In this document: positions 36,273 through 49,840 of the stretch, in pieces
Numbering within the stretch: the stretch's first letter is position 1
Layout: each line of letters begins with the position of its first letter
Assembly: GCA_051294905.1 (NCBI GenBank)
Contig: CM119373.1
Span: 870,001-934,000 of the forward strand
From: Botryllus schlosseri
Lineage: Eukaryota
Direction: 5' to 3'
Length of the DNA stretch: 64,000 nucleotides
Made by a program: the position numbers and the translations under genes
The notes under the pieces: model-generated
The model's database searches: none
Seen by the model: only the letters and a program-made list of their open reading frames with translations
What the model was told of the DNA's origin: nothing

Positions 36273-37983
36273 ATGGATCTAGATCAGGACTTAGTGAGGC
36301 GAAGGAGATTGTTTAAATTATTTATTACGAATTGGTTCAACATTAGATCAAAACGAAGGCAGCAGTACCTCAAGATCTGTTCAGTACTTCAGCGAGAGAA
36401 TCGAGAGCGAGACAGCCGTCTTCCCAGACAACTGTGGATGACATCTAGGTCAGTTTACCACAGCTCCATCAGCCTAATGCATCATAATTGATATAACGAA
36501 ATAATTAATCCACTTCAAACACAAATGTTTGTGAAGGTACGATGATTTTTGGAGGCTTTTCATGTATGAAAACAACGACGACGATTGGATGAACAACTTC
36601 CGAATGAGGCGAGGGACATTTGAATCAGTCGTGGAGGAATTTCATGACGATATGAAGCCACGTATGGAGCCTATATTCAGGGTCATTCAACTTTTGGTCG
36701 AGTGCGTAATCGTGTTTTGCTTTCACAGGTGAAGATTCTGTACGGAAGCCAGTCGACACGTCAAAAAGAATTGCAATAGCGATATTCAAATTAGGTTCTA
36801 CAGCAGAATACAGAACAGTTGGTCATTTATTCGGCGTAAGTGACAGCTCCGTCCACAACTTCGTGAAAAGGTTTAAATCGACTATTGCAATACCTGCTGG
36901 TGTTACGAGAGCAATACTGCAACCTTACTATATTGATTGCAGATTTTGCGAAGCAGCTTCAGCAAAAGCATCGAAATTTATTTGTATGCCATCAAGTGAA
37001 GAGGCAGAAAATATAAGTCGACGAATATTTGAGACTCATCATTTTCCACAGGTTACACCAAATACTTTACTTTAAGTGTTGACTGTTCTAATCTGCCCGT
37101 TTCACAAATACATCAACTTAGGTGTTTGGTTGCATTGATGGCTCGCACATACCAGTCACAGCTCCAGCTATTGGCAGAAAGAATTATACCAACAGGAAAG
37201 GTTGGGAGTCTGTAATACTTCAAGCAGTTGTGGACGACAAGTACTGGTACGGCGCGTAGCGGAATATGGTTTAATTTTTGGACTATGGATCAATTCCAAT
37301 CTTCTCTCTCAGCTTCAGGGATATAAGTGTCAAAATGCCAGGGTCATGTCACGATGCCACAGTTCTGCGAGCTTCCAACTTGTGGCGATACTCGCACCTA
37401 CTTCCTCAGGTGAAGATAACCTTCGGGATGTCATTTGAGTAGTGCGAGTAGAATTAGAAAATATCAAATTTTCAGAATTCAAAGAGGATTGAAGGGGTCG
37501 ATATTCCTCCGGTTTTGTTGGGTGATCCGGCATACCCGCTGGGTAAATGGCTCATGAAACCATATGTCGGCTCTGCTCTTCACCCAAGATACGAGTCTTT
37601 CAATTTTTACCTGAGCTCAGTTCGCATAATCGTTGAAAACTCATTCGCGCGATTAAAAGAACGGTGGAGGATTCTTTGCAAAAAAGATCGATGCAAGCGT
37701 CGTGATGGTTCCTGACATCATTGCCGCATGCTGTGTATTGCACAATATATGCGAGACTGCCAAAGAAGATGTTGCACAATGTGAGCATGCACAACCACCT
37801 GTAAGTGCTCCGCAAGCTCAACATACTGACAATGACGATGTTAGCACGGTTTCGACGGAAGGCAGTGGTGAAATCCGTGAAGCTATTGTCCGTTTTCTTG
37901 AAAACAACTATCCACTTCGCCATTCTGAGCGATATACTCCTATAAGTTTTTTCTTTGCTGTTCTATGTTTCGTAACATTTTAA
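36273..37983 (+). pseudogene. Six-intron Harbinger transposase, nearly intact (one poly-A frameshift near 37680)
   Basis: WMNNFRMRRGTF; KRIAIAIFKLGSTAEYRTVGHLFGVS; VFGCIDGSHIP; NRKGWESVILQAVVD; PGSCHDA; LGDPAYPL; VENSFARLKERWRIL; CCVLHNICE. Short GT-AG introns separate these blocks. Confidence 0.92.
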
Positions 37984-38019
37984 TTTATACAAAATATTAA
38001 TAAACTGAATTCTAACAGT

Positions 38020-38828
38020 TTTAAAAGAATTGTTCGAACATTTCTTTTAGAAGTTTGCGGTCTTTCTCCCCTTCCTCTCGAATTGCCTGCACCACGTCAT
38101 CAATATCTGAAATCGAAGGATTATATATGATTATCTTACGCCAAAGCAATAAACCGAATATTAGGGAGATCTATACCGCTATGCCTTTTCCGCTTTCCTC
38201 TTCTTTCTACTCTTTCTTCTTTTTCTTCATCCGAAACGGAATCATCTAGCACACATACAACAGTCGGCGTTGACAGGGTCGCCTCATCTTCTGATGCGTC
38301 ACTATCATCATCACTATGATCTTTGCTTGATGGGCTCTGAAAGGTATCTACTCCTCTGCTTTGCAATGCATGTAGAAACAATTAAATATGACCAGTTACA
38401 TACCGTACTCTCTGACTATAAGCTTCTCAGCACTTATCTTACCACCGTTCGAGGCCGGGAGCCAAGCAATTCATTCATTTTTAAGTAATGCGGCCACGTG
38501 AGCTGCTTAGCGCCCATCCCCGACACCTGGACCGCCTGTTTAATCTTATAATAGGTTCTTTTCATCGCCTTCCATTTATCGCGACATGATGTCCTATAAT
38601 GATAGAACAGTATATAAGACCAAGACTGCAACGAACGTAAAGGGCTATTATTTACCACTCCTTCTGAATCCCTCGACTTTTTAATTCCTCCGAGACATCG
38701 CTGAATAGTTTTCGGTTCCTCTGCCGCCTTTTGTCTATTTCGTCAATCAATTGACGCTCGCCGATAATCGCTATCATTGTTTCTGCCTCCTGCTTCGGCC
38801 AGGTAATGTATTGTTTTTTTTCCGACAT
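38020..38828 (-). CDS. Spliced Myb/SANT (trihelix) partner gene, convergent with the transposase
   Basis: MSEKKQYITWPKQEAETMIAI...RQRNRKLF and CRDKWKAMKRTYYKIK...WPHYLKMNELLGSRP, followed by an acidic linker. May carry a lesion near 38650. Confidence 0.8.
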
Positions 38829-39439
38829 TGTCTACTTTATATATGATATTATATGAAACTCCCTAATAATCAAATATATCGTCTATCAATTAATGTATAT
38901 CCCAAGATAGATGTGTCATGTGTATAGTCGATGCAAAGTGGGTGTGTTTGTGTATGTGGGCGGTGCCTTGTTATTAATCAACACTGAACAGCTGAGTACT
39001 GGAAGGGTTTATCTATCGAACGTCAACATTGCATTACATTCGATGGTATATAATTAGTTTATTAACCTAATGCAAAGTTGACACTGTATTTTGGAGAGTG
39101 ACTAGGTCAAATAAGAACGCGTATCATCTGCAAAAGTACCGGTAGTCGTTAGGTACCAAATACTTACCAAATACTTCTTAAGTCCACAAATATGCTACAG
39201 CAAACATTCTTAGAGCCTAAATTAAGGTAATGTTTGGTAAAAAGGCTTGCTTTTTATCGGGGGGTAAATTGAATGGTCCATATCAGAGAATTTTGTTCGT
39301 GCCGTACGGTACTTTATAGGCATATCGCCATTTGCCGGTATAATTATATCAACAGGTGCTAAAAGTTAGTTATAATATTATAAAACTAACTTACAATCAA
39401 TTACACAGCCATTGACATACCAAAACCATACTAAAGTGT

Positions 39440-39606
39440 CCAGACGAACGTTTCCGTTACCCGATATACGCGATTTCCCCTGCTGTTTCAGCGGGTAACT
39501 TTCGCGAGACTATTTCCCCGACAAAGTTGCGTCGTCTGTGACGCACGAATGCGTCACCTTACGTCGGGTAATTTATCGAGACATCTAGCGACATGTAGAT
39601 AGGCCT
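39440..39606. mobile_element. Probable right terminus of the 36-39.6 kb Harbinger
   Basis: Ends gcgacatgtagataggcct. The ttacccga/tcgggtaa motifs also occur at 36058-36105. Confidence 0.55.
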
Positions 39607-39997
39607 ATTATGAGTTTAGGCTACTCCCACTTCTACTTGACACTTTTTAGGAAGTACCTTTTTGTCAGACTTGAGATCTTGTCAACTAGAAAGTAGCTTT
39701 GGCGCATGATTGCCTCCCCTTCAAGCGTGAGGTTGTCATAAAACCTGAGCATAATAGCCCCAGTACCACGGTAACTAAATCGAATTTTGAAAATTGCACC
39801 TATTCGTAGTGCCATTATTTTGCGTCGATCAAGAAGATGCACCGTGCAATGTTAACAGTTGTCACCTGGCATAAATTTCTAAAACTAAGCAACCCTCAAC
39901 CAAATCTACTTCATGTAACGAATTTCTTGACTACTATTCAGAAATTCATTTCTACTTCCACTTGAAGTACTTTTAACCTGTCTTGGAAGTAATTAGT
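39607..39997 (+). repeat. Copy of the AAGTA/TACTT-rich element
   Basis: Near-identical to 31202-31596. Confidence 0.85.
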
Positions 39998-40229
39998 TCG
40001 GGTCAAGTGTAGAATACGGCCACTCCGAGAAAGTGATCCCCATGACTATCACTAATCAGTGTTGCACATGAACGTGTCGGAATTCATAGTGCTTCACGTA
40101 ATTACCAACTATGCTCCTCACAAAACCCTATAAATCCAGTCAGGGTTCCATATTATAAAACATTTATAGCATATTAATGTCTGTTATAAACGAGTCATCT
40201 TGAATTCAGTATTACACATGCTGGTGATG

Positions 40230-40605
40230 AGCAAGATTACATTTTACATCGCTCGCTCGCATGAAGAACTTGTACAAGAAAACGAAGGACGTTAAAGCGA
40301 CTTACTCCGATCTCTTCACCACATTATGTATTGCGTATCGCATATATATCGTATATTTAAAAAATACAACGCACCTCAAGTCAAGTGTACTTTCCAGCCA
40401 CAATACTCATGTAGAGAGAGAGAGAGAGCAAGATTATATTTTACATCGCTCGCTCGTATGCCACATGAAGGACTTGTACAAGAAAACGAAGGACGATGAA
40501 GCTACGACTTACTCCAATCTCTTCACCACATTATGTATTGCGTATCGCATTTATATCGAAAATTGAAAAAATACAACGCACGTCAAGTTTACTTTTCCGC
40601 CACAA
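40230..40605 (+). repeat. ~195-bp tandem duplication
   Basis: gagcaagatta..ttttacatcgctcgctcg...cttgtacaagaaaacgaaggacg at 40230 and 40426. Confidence 0.9.
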
Positions 40606-40849
40606 TATAGACAATGTATATAGACTCGTAGTATAGCCAATGGCAGCACGTTTATTACCGAATTATTACGAAACGAAATGTAGAAAAAACAAAATTACGA
40701 AAGTGTAGAAAAAACAAAATTACGAAAGTGTAGGCAGACTTCGACAACTAGATAATTCTAAGGAGTCAAATTTCAATAAATTAGAGCGAATGCCAGTTTT
40801 CCAATTGTAATCTGAAAATTTTGCAGTTGTCCGAGTCTGACTTACGCGC

Positions 40850-41990
40850 TCATTTTGCACTGGGTATTGTCTGGCAATTTCTTGCACAATGTCCGAAAAG
40901 TAATGTTTTCTTTCTCTGGTCCGACGCCACATCCACTCATCGATATACGACGGTACGAAACCCCGTACCGAACCATTCATTCGCTTTAACTTCCGTTTGC
41001 AGTCTTGCCAAAGACTCTCAATATTGTTCGTGTGAACCCCTTGGAGGAGTCTTAAACAGATGTTTGTGGCAGACTGTTTTATGCGTGTAGCCGTTGCCCA
41101 TTCCTGATAAGGAAACAGAAATGTTTTAATAACATTCACCATTATCGCTGTATAAGATTTCATTTACCGGTTATGCACCGATACGCTGCCCATTCATCCG
41201 ACCAAATTTCGGTGCCTGGAGCAATATATTGTCGAATAAGGGGCAACAGGGTGTTTGCGTCCCGGCGATCGACGAATCGCATAAAGCATTGGCTACATAA
41301 CACATTATATACTTCAAGTTTTGCTGACGTTGGATTTTCATTTTCTGTACACAAACTTTGTCGTAAGGTCCACGCCTCCACAAATCCATTGCTGTGAACT
41401 CGGTCTTGCTTGGGCGTTGGCACCACGGCCCCTCTTAGCGATTACCGATTCGTCGATTGCCACCACATGTCCCGGGCCACCGATGACACCGGAACCGCGT
41501 AACAGCTCGGCTGAGCAGATCTGGAATATGCCACAACGCTTTGGAGTAAATACAATGCCTTACTTTACAATAGAATTTGGGTAATACCTCCCTGAAAAAC
41601 TGGCACCAGTCGATGCAGGTCCTGTTGCTTATTTTTAAGTTCGTCGATAATCTTGACCTGGTCGTGGTCCTTGCACCAGAAGTACAGCATGTACAAAAGT
41701 TTCGTCGGGGTGAAATTACTTTTGTAAAAAATGAGCCATGCCGGATGCTAATGAAATCTGAGCATTTCTGTGAATGATAAATGTCAAGAGAGCCATTAGT
41801 TTCTAGCTCAAACAAATAATTAAAAATTTCATACCGGGCAACGCCAAGCAACCTTATCGTTCACGTCCCTGAATTTTTCTGCGCAGGGCACTTGGCATTT
41901 CGGGCAATTCTTCTGTTATGCCAGCAGTCCATGTTCTCGGAAAAACAGAATGGCTGCGCGGTCGCTTGACAGCACGCCCATTTTCACCAG
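40850..41990 (-). pseudogene. Merlin (IS1016/ISXO2-like) transposase pseudogene
   Basis: SIRHGSFF; DWCQFFRE; IGGPGHVVAIDES; LLPLIRQYIAPGTEIWSDEWAAY; GVHTNNIESLW...SYIDEWMWR. Confidence 0.92.
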
Positions 41991-42369
41991 TTCGGGTAAA
42001 CCTACACCAACTAATGTCGACATGCTGACTGGTAGATTTGCGCTATGAAATGAAACTATATATTATTAGGCGATGCTTTAACTTCACAAATTTTAATGCG
42101 GCATAAAATTATTCATGCATAGAAATTAACCTAATCCTATGCCTATATATGCCATTCACGAGCTTATATATTAACCGATTTCAGTTTTAATTAAATTAAA
42201 TTATTAGTTTATATTAGGCTTACCATATTTTGGAAATCTAAAAAGAGGACACTTTTTCAGAAATTTGAGACTTGCAAAACCGGAGAAGAATTCTCAAAAA
42301 CCGGTGAATTTTTCCCACTTAGTGATCGGTTGATCAAAAAAAAATTAAAAAAAAGGTCCCGGCCGGGGG

Positions 42370-42418
42370 TTGCTATGCGTATCTAGTCACGTGATCGAAG
42401 TCCTGCAAATGGCATATT
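42370..42418. repeat. Orphan terminal fragment of the ISL2EU-like TIR
   Basis: ttgctatgcgtatctagtcacgtgatcgaagtcctgcaaa is identical to 32364-32403. Confidence 0.85.
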
Positions 42419-43254
42419 GTCTCCTCATGTGTCCAAATTCTCCATTTTCCAAAGTCAGATTCAACTACACTCAATCAATCAATCAACAAACAATCAATCA
42501 GCTGATTCAACAGCAATCTCGAAACATTCCAGTGACTGCGATAGTAAATAGACGACATCGAAGACCAAGCGCGGGAGATTCTCTGCCAACCGTGAATTAC
42601 TCCGCCAAGCGGTCGAGGCAACCACTTGGTAGAGTAATTTTGCTGAGTCGTGAAATCGATGCCCATATATGGTCACTCTGCCAACGAAACCTGCACATGG
42701 AAACGGCTTAAATGTTTTGACCGACAGCGCTCCTAGTGACGCGGTATCGAACACGCGTAACAAGCAACCTCTCCAGCTGTATTATTACGTCGCCGTAGGC
42801 TCTTGTATCAAACACCCGTACCAAGCAACCTCTCCGGCTGTATTAGTACGTCGCCGTAGGCTCTCGTATAGGTTGTGATGTAGGTAGATTCGCCTCAAAT
42901 GCCTGTAGTTTTGCAAGTTTAGAATTTATACTGTGTTATTATGGATGTATTTATCTGATGATATTTCTAAGTCATACGAGAGCTGACGTCCCCATTCAAG
43001 TCGATATGCAAGCAACTATTACTAAATTAATGCTATTCCATCCTCAAGATCCTCTATACTATCTTCTTTACTTTTCATTCAGTGTGCATTGCATGCCTCC
43101 TCTTTACATCGTCTAGGTCAAGGTGGGTGTCTTATTCCATAGACTACTCCAAGTCGCTTCGACACCTTCCTATCTTTTCATTGTATCGCATTTTAGGTGA
43201 CGTCATGGATTGAAAAAAATGGTTTCTTTGCAATGAACTCTATTTGACTTTCAG

Positions 43255-43724
43255 GTACAGCCATGCGCGATACCGAACCCGCTCTGTCCAAATTCATCCT
43301 TCATATGAATAAGTGGTATGACGCGATGAAAAGGGGATGAAAATTCAAACCTGAGCGACGACCATTCTATTCCCCTCATGAAGACAGTTTACACTGGCTA
43401 GAGGATGATTTTATTACCTACCTGCATGAATGGCGTGCACGGGCACAATCCCTAGTTCTCCCGGGCGACGTAAATCGATCGCTGATGCTCCTTAGCCGCC
43501 CTACCTAGGAAGGGTTGAAGTGGCTACCAAGTCGATGGTAGCAATTATTCAGGAATGCCTATCAACGGCGTATCAATTACGATCCATTGGAGTCCAATTT
43601 TGGTCGACAGCGATGCTCACAGACTGACTTGCCTTCAGTAGCACTCTTCAGCGCAAACTCGCGCTCTGCTGAGTTGCATCACTTTGCCCATATTTCTGGC
43701 GCTAATATACAGCCAACCCCCTAG
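43255..43724 (+). pseudogene. 3' part of a P-like (THAP9-related) transposase
   Basis: KFILHMNKWYDAM; LHWLEDDFITYLHEW; MLLSRPT*EGL; DPLESNFGRQR (43581-43613); stop at 43722-43724. Confidence 0.85.
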
Positions 43725-44187
43725 TAAACTTTCTCCGCATATCTTTGTGATGAGACTCTTGGAGATGAAGGTAGAATATACATTTGAATAATGTATTCAT
43801 ATTGAATTAACCCCGAATATTTTCGGCAGACACTAATCTTTGGTAATTTGTCAGCAACTTCAAGACAATTGAAAATAGGTCATTAAAATGGTATATGAAC
43901 TATCATCGGCCACGTTCACCAACCTAAGCTACGCCAATAAAAGCAATTCGTGGTATCATCTAAAATATAGGCTCATGGAGCTAAATGACTGTCTTCGATT
44001 CGATTTTTTGAAATTTCATGCCAGTGATTGATATGCAATATGTTCTTTTCAATTCTAAACTAGTTGCTGTCAATTACCCATAAGTGCTACCATAAAATAG
44101 CACGGTATATTTAATTAAGATTATAAAATTGAATTACATTTTTATTGTGAGAATAAATATCACCAGACCAACATAAAATTTAAATCC

Positions 44188-45078
44188 TTAGGACTTGTGT
44201 AAATCCTTTAATGATTTACGGAGCGAAGTAGATTTGCGGCTTTTGGACTTAGCTAACTTGCTGTATTCAAGCACCCGCTTCCAATTATAATCTAATTCTA
44301 ACTCCGCGCACGGATTAAGCGGGGGATTAGTAATTGCGTGATACCGTTCCAACTTTCACTCTTCTCATGAAGTTTATTGATTATTCGCTGCTCGTTGACC
44401 GATTCAGAGGACATTGATCTTCGAAGTAAGTATTCTCCCTCCACCATCAGCAGGGAGAATGAATTCTTTGGTGCAAGCAAATATCCCCTGTCGATTCTTG
44501 AGAATTCAAAAGGTAAGGTACTGTCAGAGGATATTTGCGATCGAATCCAATTTGCGTCTTCACCCGAACTATTCCTCAGTCTCCAGACTTCCCACTTTAG
44601 TAATGCGCCTGACATATATTTGAGAACCCTTTTGTCATCATCAGTAAGAACGATACTTTCAATGACGGATTTTGAAGAATTCAAATTTTTTGAATTCAAC
44701 GGTAGCTGAATTATTTTGGGGACTAGTCGTTATGATGCGCTTCACAGTCATATCAGATATTTCAGAACGACTTTCACAATATCCTTTGCCGAGCATTTCC
44801 GAGTATTTCTCGAACATTGTAGACTTTGTTCCGAAAATTTGAAACAAGTCTCCCAGTATTTTGTCATGAATGCCATCTGCCATTGATACGCCCGAATCGA
44901 CCAAGGCGATTGCCGGATTTTTTTCTATTTCTGACAGTTGAGTGTCTCCAAAGCACACTTCAATTGTGAGGGCAGGATGGAAGCTGCTTGTAGAGGCCTC
45001 CGGGACGCTGCTTGTAGAGGCCTCCGAAACCTCCATAACGGCTGGGTCTTGTGAAGTGACATCGTCTTCATCCACCTG
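44188..45078 (-). pseudogene. Stand-alone gene resembling the P-transposase C-terminal region, convergent with the transposase
   Basis: VLTDDDKRVLKYMSGALLKW...LPFEFSRIDRGYLLAP, ending KSTSLRKSLKDLHKS*. Acidic N-terminal part. Confidence 0.72.
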
Positions 45079-45309
45079 GAATGATAGAAATTCACGTCAA
45101 GATATGCTGCTACAACATGACAGCAACTACGCTTGTAATGTGTGCTGTACCTGTGTAGTGGGAGTATGCGCATTACGCATGGGCTGTATAATAGACGTTC
45201 TACTAAGACTAAGCAATATCAGATGTTTTCCGAGAGCAAGACACTCACGTCAACGAATATTCTTAGCAATTTCTCTTCACTGAATTCCATATTAATGTGT
45301 ACTCTACAC

Positions 45310-46744
45310 CAGAGTTGGATCAATTGTAATTTGTAATGTAATTTAATGTAATTAATTACATATTTCAATGTAATTGTAATGTAATTGTAATTGAAGCATT
45401 TTTATTTTGTGTAATTGTAATTCTAATTGTAATTTGACAAAAATTTTGCTCAATTACAATTTCAATTACATTAAATTGCTATTGAGACCTGACAAGCACA
45501 ACATAAAATAATTGACTTATAATGCATTCTCTTTAAATGTCGACAAGGAATTTGGTGGATCCATTCGCGGAAGCCCTTGACTGCGCCCTTGCGGGCGAAG
45601 TTTTTTTATTTTTACCGCTATGCTGGCCTCGGCTGCCATTGTATACAATTATTAGATTACTAACCAACGGATGGATTCGCAACACGTGACTCACGATTGA
45701 ATACGCCAAGAAGCGAACTGCTGAGCCGGATAAAAGCAGCAGAATTGATAGTCCCATAGCTAACGATCCAAGCGTCGAAATTTGATATGTATGGTCCTAA
45801 TCGAAAGCTAGTGTCGCACTGATTCCGCAATAAAAGTATATTTCCAGGCAATGGTACCATCCCAAAATAGTCGTGAAAGTCTGGGAGTCGGCATTGTTCT
45901 GAACAATCGCTGGGAGTAATTGGTCATTGTTGTGGTCATGCTGCTGCGGCGCTCTCACTTTTCAGAACAGTCGGCCTTAAACGGCTATTTTGGAGCAGTT
46001 ACATTGCCCTGACGAGATTTTAATTTGTATTTTCGGAATTAGTGCATCAATAGCTTACGATAAAGACCAGATGCATCAAATTTGGATGCTTGAATCGCCA
46101 GCTCTAGGACTACAAAGTTTGCTGCTTTTAGCCGGCTATGCAGTACGTTTGTCGCAGCATTCATCAGTGACTCACATCTTGCGCATCTATCCGTGGGTTG
46201 GCAATCTACAATACGATTTCAGATCACGATGCTGCATCGTTACTTCGTCTGGCTAACTAACCAGACCACTGGATATTATATAACGTCTTATCTGACAAAG
46301 CACGGTTTTGTTTTCACCCCTCATCCTAATTCCTACGTCCCTCGATAAAAATAATATTATTTCTTTAATTATATACTATGTACGCAAATCCAACCCGTGC
46401 ATGATTATAATACTTTTTCAACGACATACTGCATACTGGAATAGTTCGAAAACGTTTTTCTTTTATTAATTACCGGGTATTTGCGTATCATGAATGAAAC
46501 ATGAATACTTGAATTGTTGTTAATTACGAAGCTACGGTTGTCAAGGAGCACGGTTGAATTTATGATTATTCAATTACATGTTCAACAGCAGCAATTGTAA
46601 TTGTAATTGTAATGTAATTGAAGCGTGCAAGGAGTAATTGTAATTGTAATTTGATATTTTGAGCATGGAGTAATTGTAATGTAATTGAAACATGTATGAA
46701 AGTAATTGTAATTGAACTGAAATAATGTAATTGATCCAACTCTG
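45310..46744. mobile_element. Non-autonomous hAT-like element with GTAATT subterminal arrays
   Basis: TIR cagagttggatcaatt/aattgatccaactctg; 8-bp TSD ctctacac at 45302-45309 and 46745-46752. Confidence 0.93.
45652..46208. repeat. ~560-bp imperfect palindrome of the hairpin family
   Basis: tagattactaaccaacggatgga pairs with tctatccgtgggttggcaatcta. The centre resembles 1754-1995. Confidence 0.8.
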
Positions 46745-47065
46745 CTCTACACTAGGAGTGTTAAACTCAATTCCGGTCGCGGGCCGGATTCAGACCTTCA
46801 AACGTCTCGCAGCCCGGATCGGTAAAGTGTGTTTTAACACACACAAAATGAAGTCACTGAGTAAACCAGCTCACGTTACCGGGATACGCTACCCCTTGAA
46901 CGACAAGACTTTCAATTTTTTTTTATATTTGTTCTGTTAGATGTCATATTCCATGCACCTAAAGCTTCTGATGATCGGATAAGTGAGTTCTGGCGACGGA
47001 CAGACTAACCGACGAACCTGTGGGGCTCATGCACTTTTGGACCGAAGTCAGTACATGGTATATAC

Positions 47066-49425
47066 CAGGCCTGGGGAAAGTGCGGCCCGCGGGCCACATG
47101 CGGCCCCCAGAGCGATTCTGTGCGGCCCGCGAAAAGCTGCTTGAAATTTCAAATATCAAACCTAATGTTAATGTCGCTGCATGGACTAAAACCATACGAT
47201 GTATAAACTGAACCAGAAATTCGTTTACTATCAAGCCTGTTCATTAACACACCGTGATTACGCAGCTTATACGTACCTCACATGCCTAATACAGATTAAA
47301 TCTAAAGTCAATGTAGCACGTTATGCCGTTAGAATTAAAGTCACAAGAAGTCACCAAACCTTCTTTGGTGCCATTGTCACGTGATGTGTTTCATAATCCA
47401 TAATTCATGAAATAAGTCAGTCAATGCCCCTGATTTCTATGAATATATCACCACCCATAAAGGATGTCACAAAAACGAAGCCAAAAGTTGAAATTCAAAT
47501 ATCGTTAATAACTGCAACCTTCGCTAATCAACAAAGCCATATTTCCGCCAGCTGCACAGATCTCAGAAACCAACTACCAAGTCAATAAGTTATATATTAT
47601 CCTTAGGACCGTAACTGCCGCACCCCAAACCCCCAATTGCGTGGCGAGCTCGACGGGCGCCCAAAATTAATTCATAATTGAACATAAATTATAGGTTATT
47701 TTTTGAAAATTTATGCAACTTCATTCAATGGTTTTTAAAATGGGCGTTTCGGCGTTAGCTAAAAGACCAACACGGGATACCAAGATAAAAGAACTTTAGC
47801 CCAACACGGGATTCCGAGAATGCACTGCAATTGCAACTGTTGATCAAATTAACTAAGTAACGGGCCGAAAAGGACTGCCCTTATGTTGACCGAAAACCAC
47901 AAATTGTCCATAGGCAATATTTGCCAGTGAAGAAATACCAATCGGGAATCGGGGTCGTCTTTTTAGTTGGGCGCACTTCGGCGATTTCAATATCCTTTCA
48001 CATACCAGACGGGAGGTCACGAAATAACAACATGGAACGAAGTAATTATACCAACGGACCCTCCCGAATATTTCCAAGACAGTACCTCACTCAGCTCTAG
48101 CAGTAAAACTGAGTAGGCCACTACGTGGGCTGAGAGAGGTCAAAAAATATAGCAATATATTTGCAATTACCAATATTATTGACCGATTGAATCATGAATC
48201 ATGTCCGCGCTTCGCGCGATTACGGCACAGACGTTGCTAATTATTGTATACAAGACATCTCGTGCATCATGCATCTCGATGGGGGCTGGTATTGACAGAA
48301 AAACTAAGATAGGGGTTTAAAGAGAGTTCAAAATGTATCCTGTTTAACATTGTTTCGAAATATGACTGCAAATATATATATATTTGGGGGTACACTTTGT
48401 CCTCCATATCAACACATTCACGGAGCACCAATTCGTGTAATACACTGCTTCCAATTTAGAAATAAATTCAATACGCTGGATATTCTGAAGTTTCTGACTC
48501 GGCCCGCCAACATATTTGTGCTTCTCATTTTGACCGTGGAGAAAAATAATTGCCCATTCCTGATATATACCATGCCACTTGGCTCCAAATTGCAGAAATA
48601 TGTCTTAATCATATTGATTCTTCTTGTCGAATGATAGATTGGCCCTTAAAATCAATGACACAATCCTGTCCATGCAAAATGAAGCGGGGTCTATTGAAAA
48701 CATAATTTTGGAAAATATACACATACTGACAATTGGGCGCAGAACAAAAATCGACCGAAAATGAAATTGAACGCAAGGTAAGGAACGCAAGGTAAGGGGT
48801 GTGACTAACCAGATTTGTAGGTCGAACTAACGTAAGGAATTATATCGTCTTCAAGTACATACGGTTCGTCTTATCTCATTGCGCTCCCGTATTGCTGCTG
48901 AATCTTGAAATCTCTCATCCTTAACAATCGCATCAATATTTGGATTCGAATCCCGACTAGCAGCACATTTAGCGATATTGTTAAGATGTTTATTGGTTAG
49001 CCGTGATCGTTTATTGGTTAGCCGTGATCGTTGAACTCTTTATTATTGTTCATTACAGAGAACACTTGTTCGCGAAGATATGTAGTTCCAAACATGGATA
49101 AAACCTTGGCGGCCATGGCTGTTAATCGGGGGGTACTGCGGTGGAAGATACTGATAAAACTTGTTCAAGTCCACTGACGCAAAATTTATCCTTTATTTTG
49201 GTATCACACTGCAGGTCAATCAGCTACGAGGTCGATTTCAGCAGCCATTTTTGATGGCTTGACTGTAAATGGCGATCGGAACACGGCAAATCAAATGTAA
49301 TTCTTGAGCTCATGGAAGACCTTAAACCTCCGTTCAAACTCTTGCAGCAAATCTGCTGTTTGCTTTGTAGTTTTCAGCGTTTGTACAGCATGGTGCATTT
49401 GATCTCACAGCCGAACGAGTCATGA
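47066..49425 (-). mobile_element. hAT (Charlie/GTF2IRD2-like) remnant with nested inserts
   Basis: End caggcctggggaaagtgcggcccgcgggccacatgcggccc. The reverse strand at 48960-49420 reads AAKVLSMFGTTYLREQVFSVM...RSRLTNKHL. Confidence 0.75.
47605..48400 (+). repeat. Diverged partial copy of the 57320-58789 element
   Basis: taggaccgtaactgccgcaccccaaacccccaa and ggaggtcacgaaataaca are shared with that element. Confidence 0.8.
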
Positions 49426-49429
49426 ATGC

Positions 49430-49840
49430 AATGAATACCAAAAGGAGAACTTACTGGTTCAAGAAAGCGTGCAATCCAGTTAGCGAGTTTGTGGTATGAC
49501 GAGCCAACCATTGAGAGTATTGGACGCAATGTCACATTAGATTAATGCGTCTTAGGTAGACCATACAAGCGCGGGCGCATGGATCCTACTGCTCTAGCTT
49601 GATCGTAGTCCGTAGATGATATTTTCACTGCTTTCTTTGCAGTCAGAAGTAATCGTTGCATTCTTGCTTCAATCGCGCTGGTGTTGTCAGCTGCTGGTCC
49701 AATAGCAATGAACCTTGATGTGTCGTTCAGAATGCTCCCCATCTTGCCAATGTAATCAGATTTGTCCATAATGACAATCCCGGAACCTTTGTCAGGTTTG
49801 ATGATGTGAATCGATTTGTTTGTAGTCAATACGCGCGGTC
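49430..49840 (-). pseudogene. Penelope-like reverse transcriptase fragment
   Basis: IIKPDKGSGIVIMDKSDYIGKM..ILND; PRLYGLPKTH; LRPILSMVGS. Confidence 0.85.
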
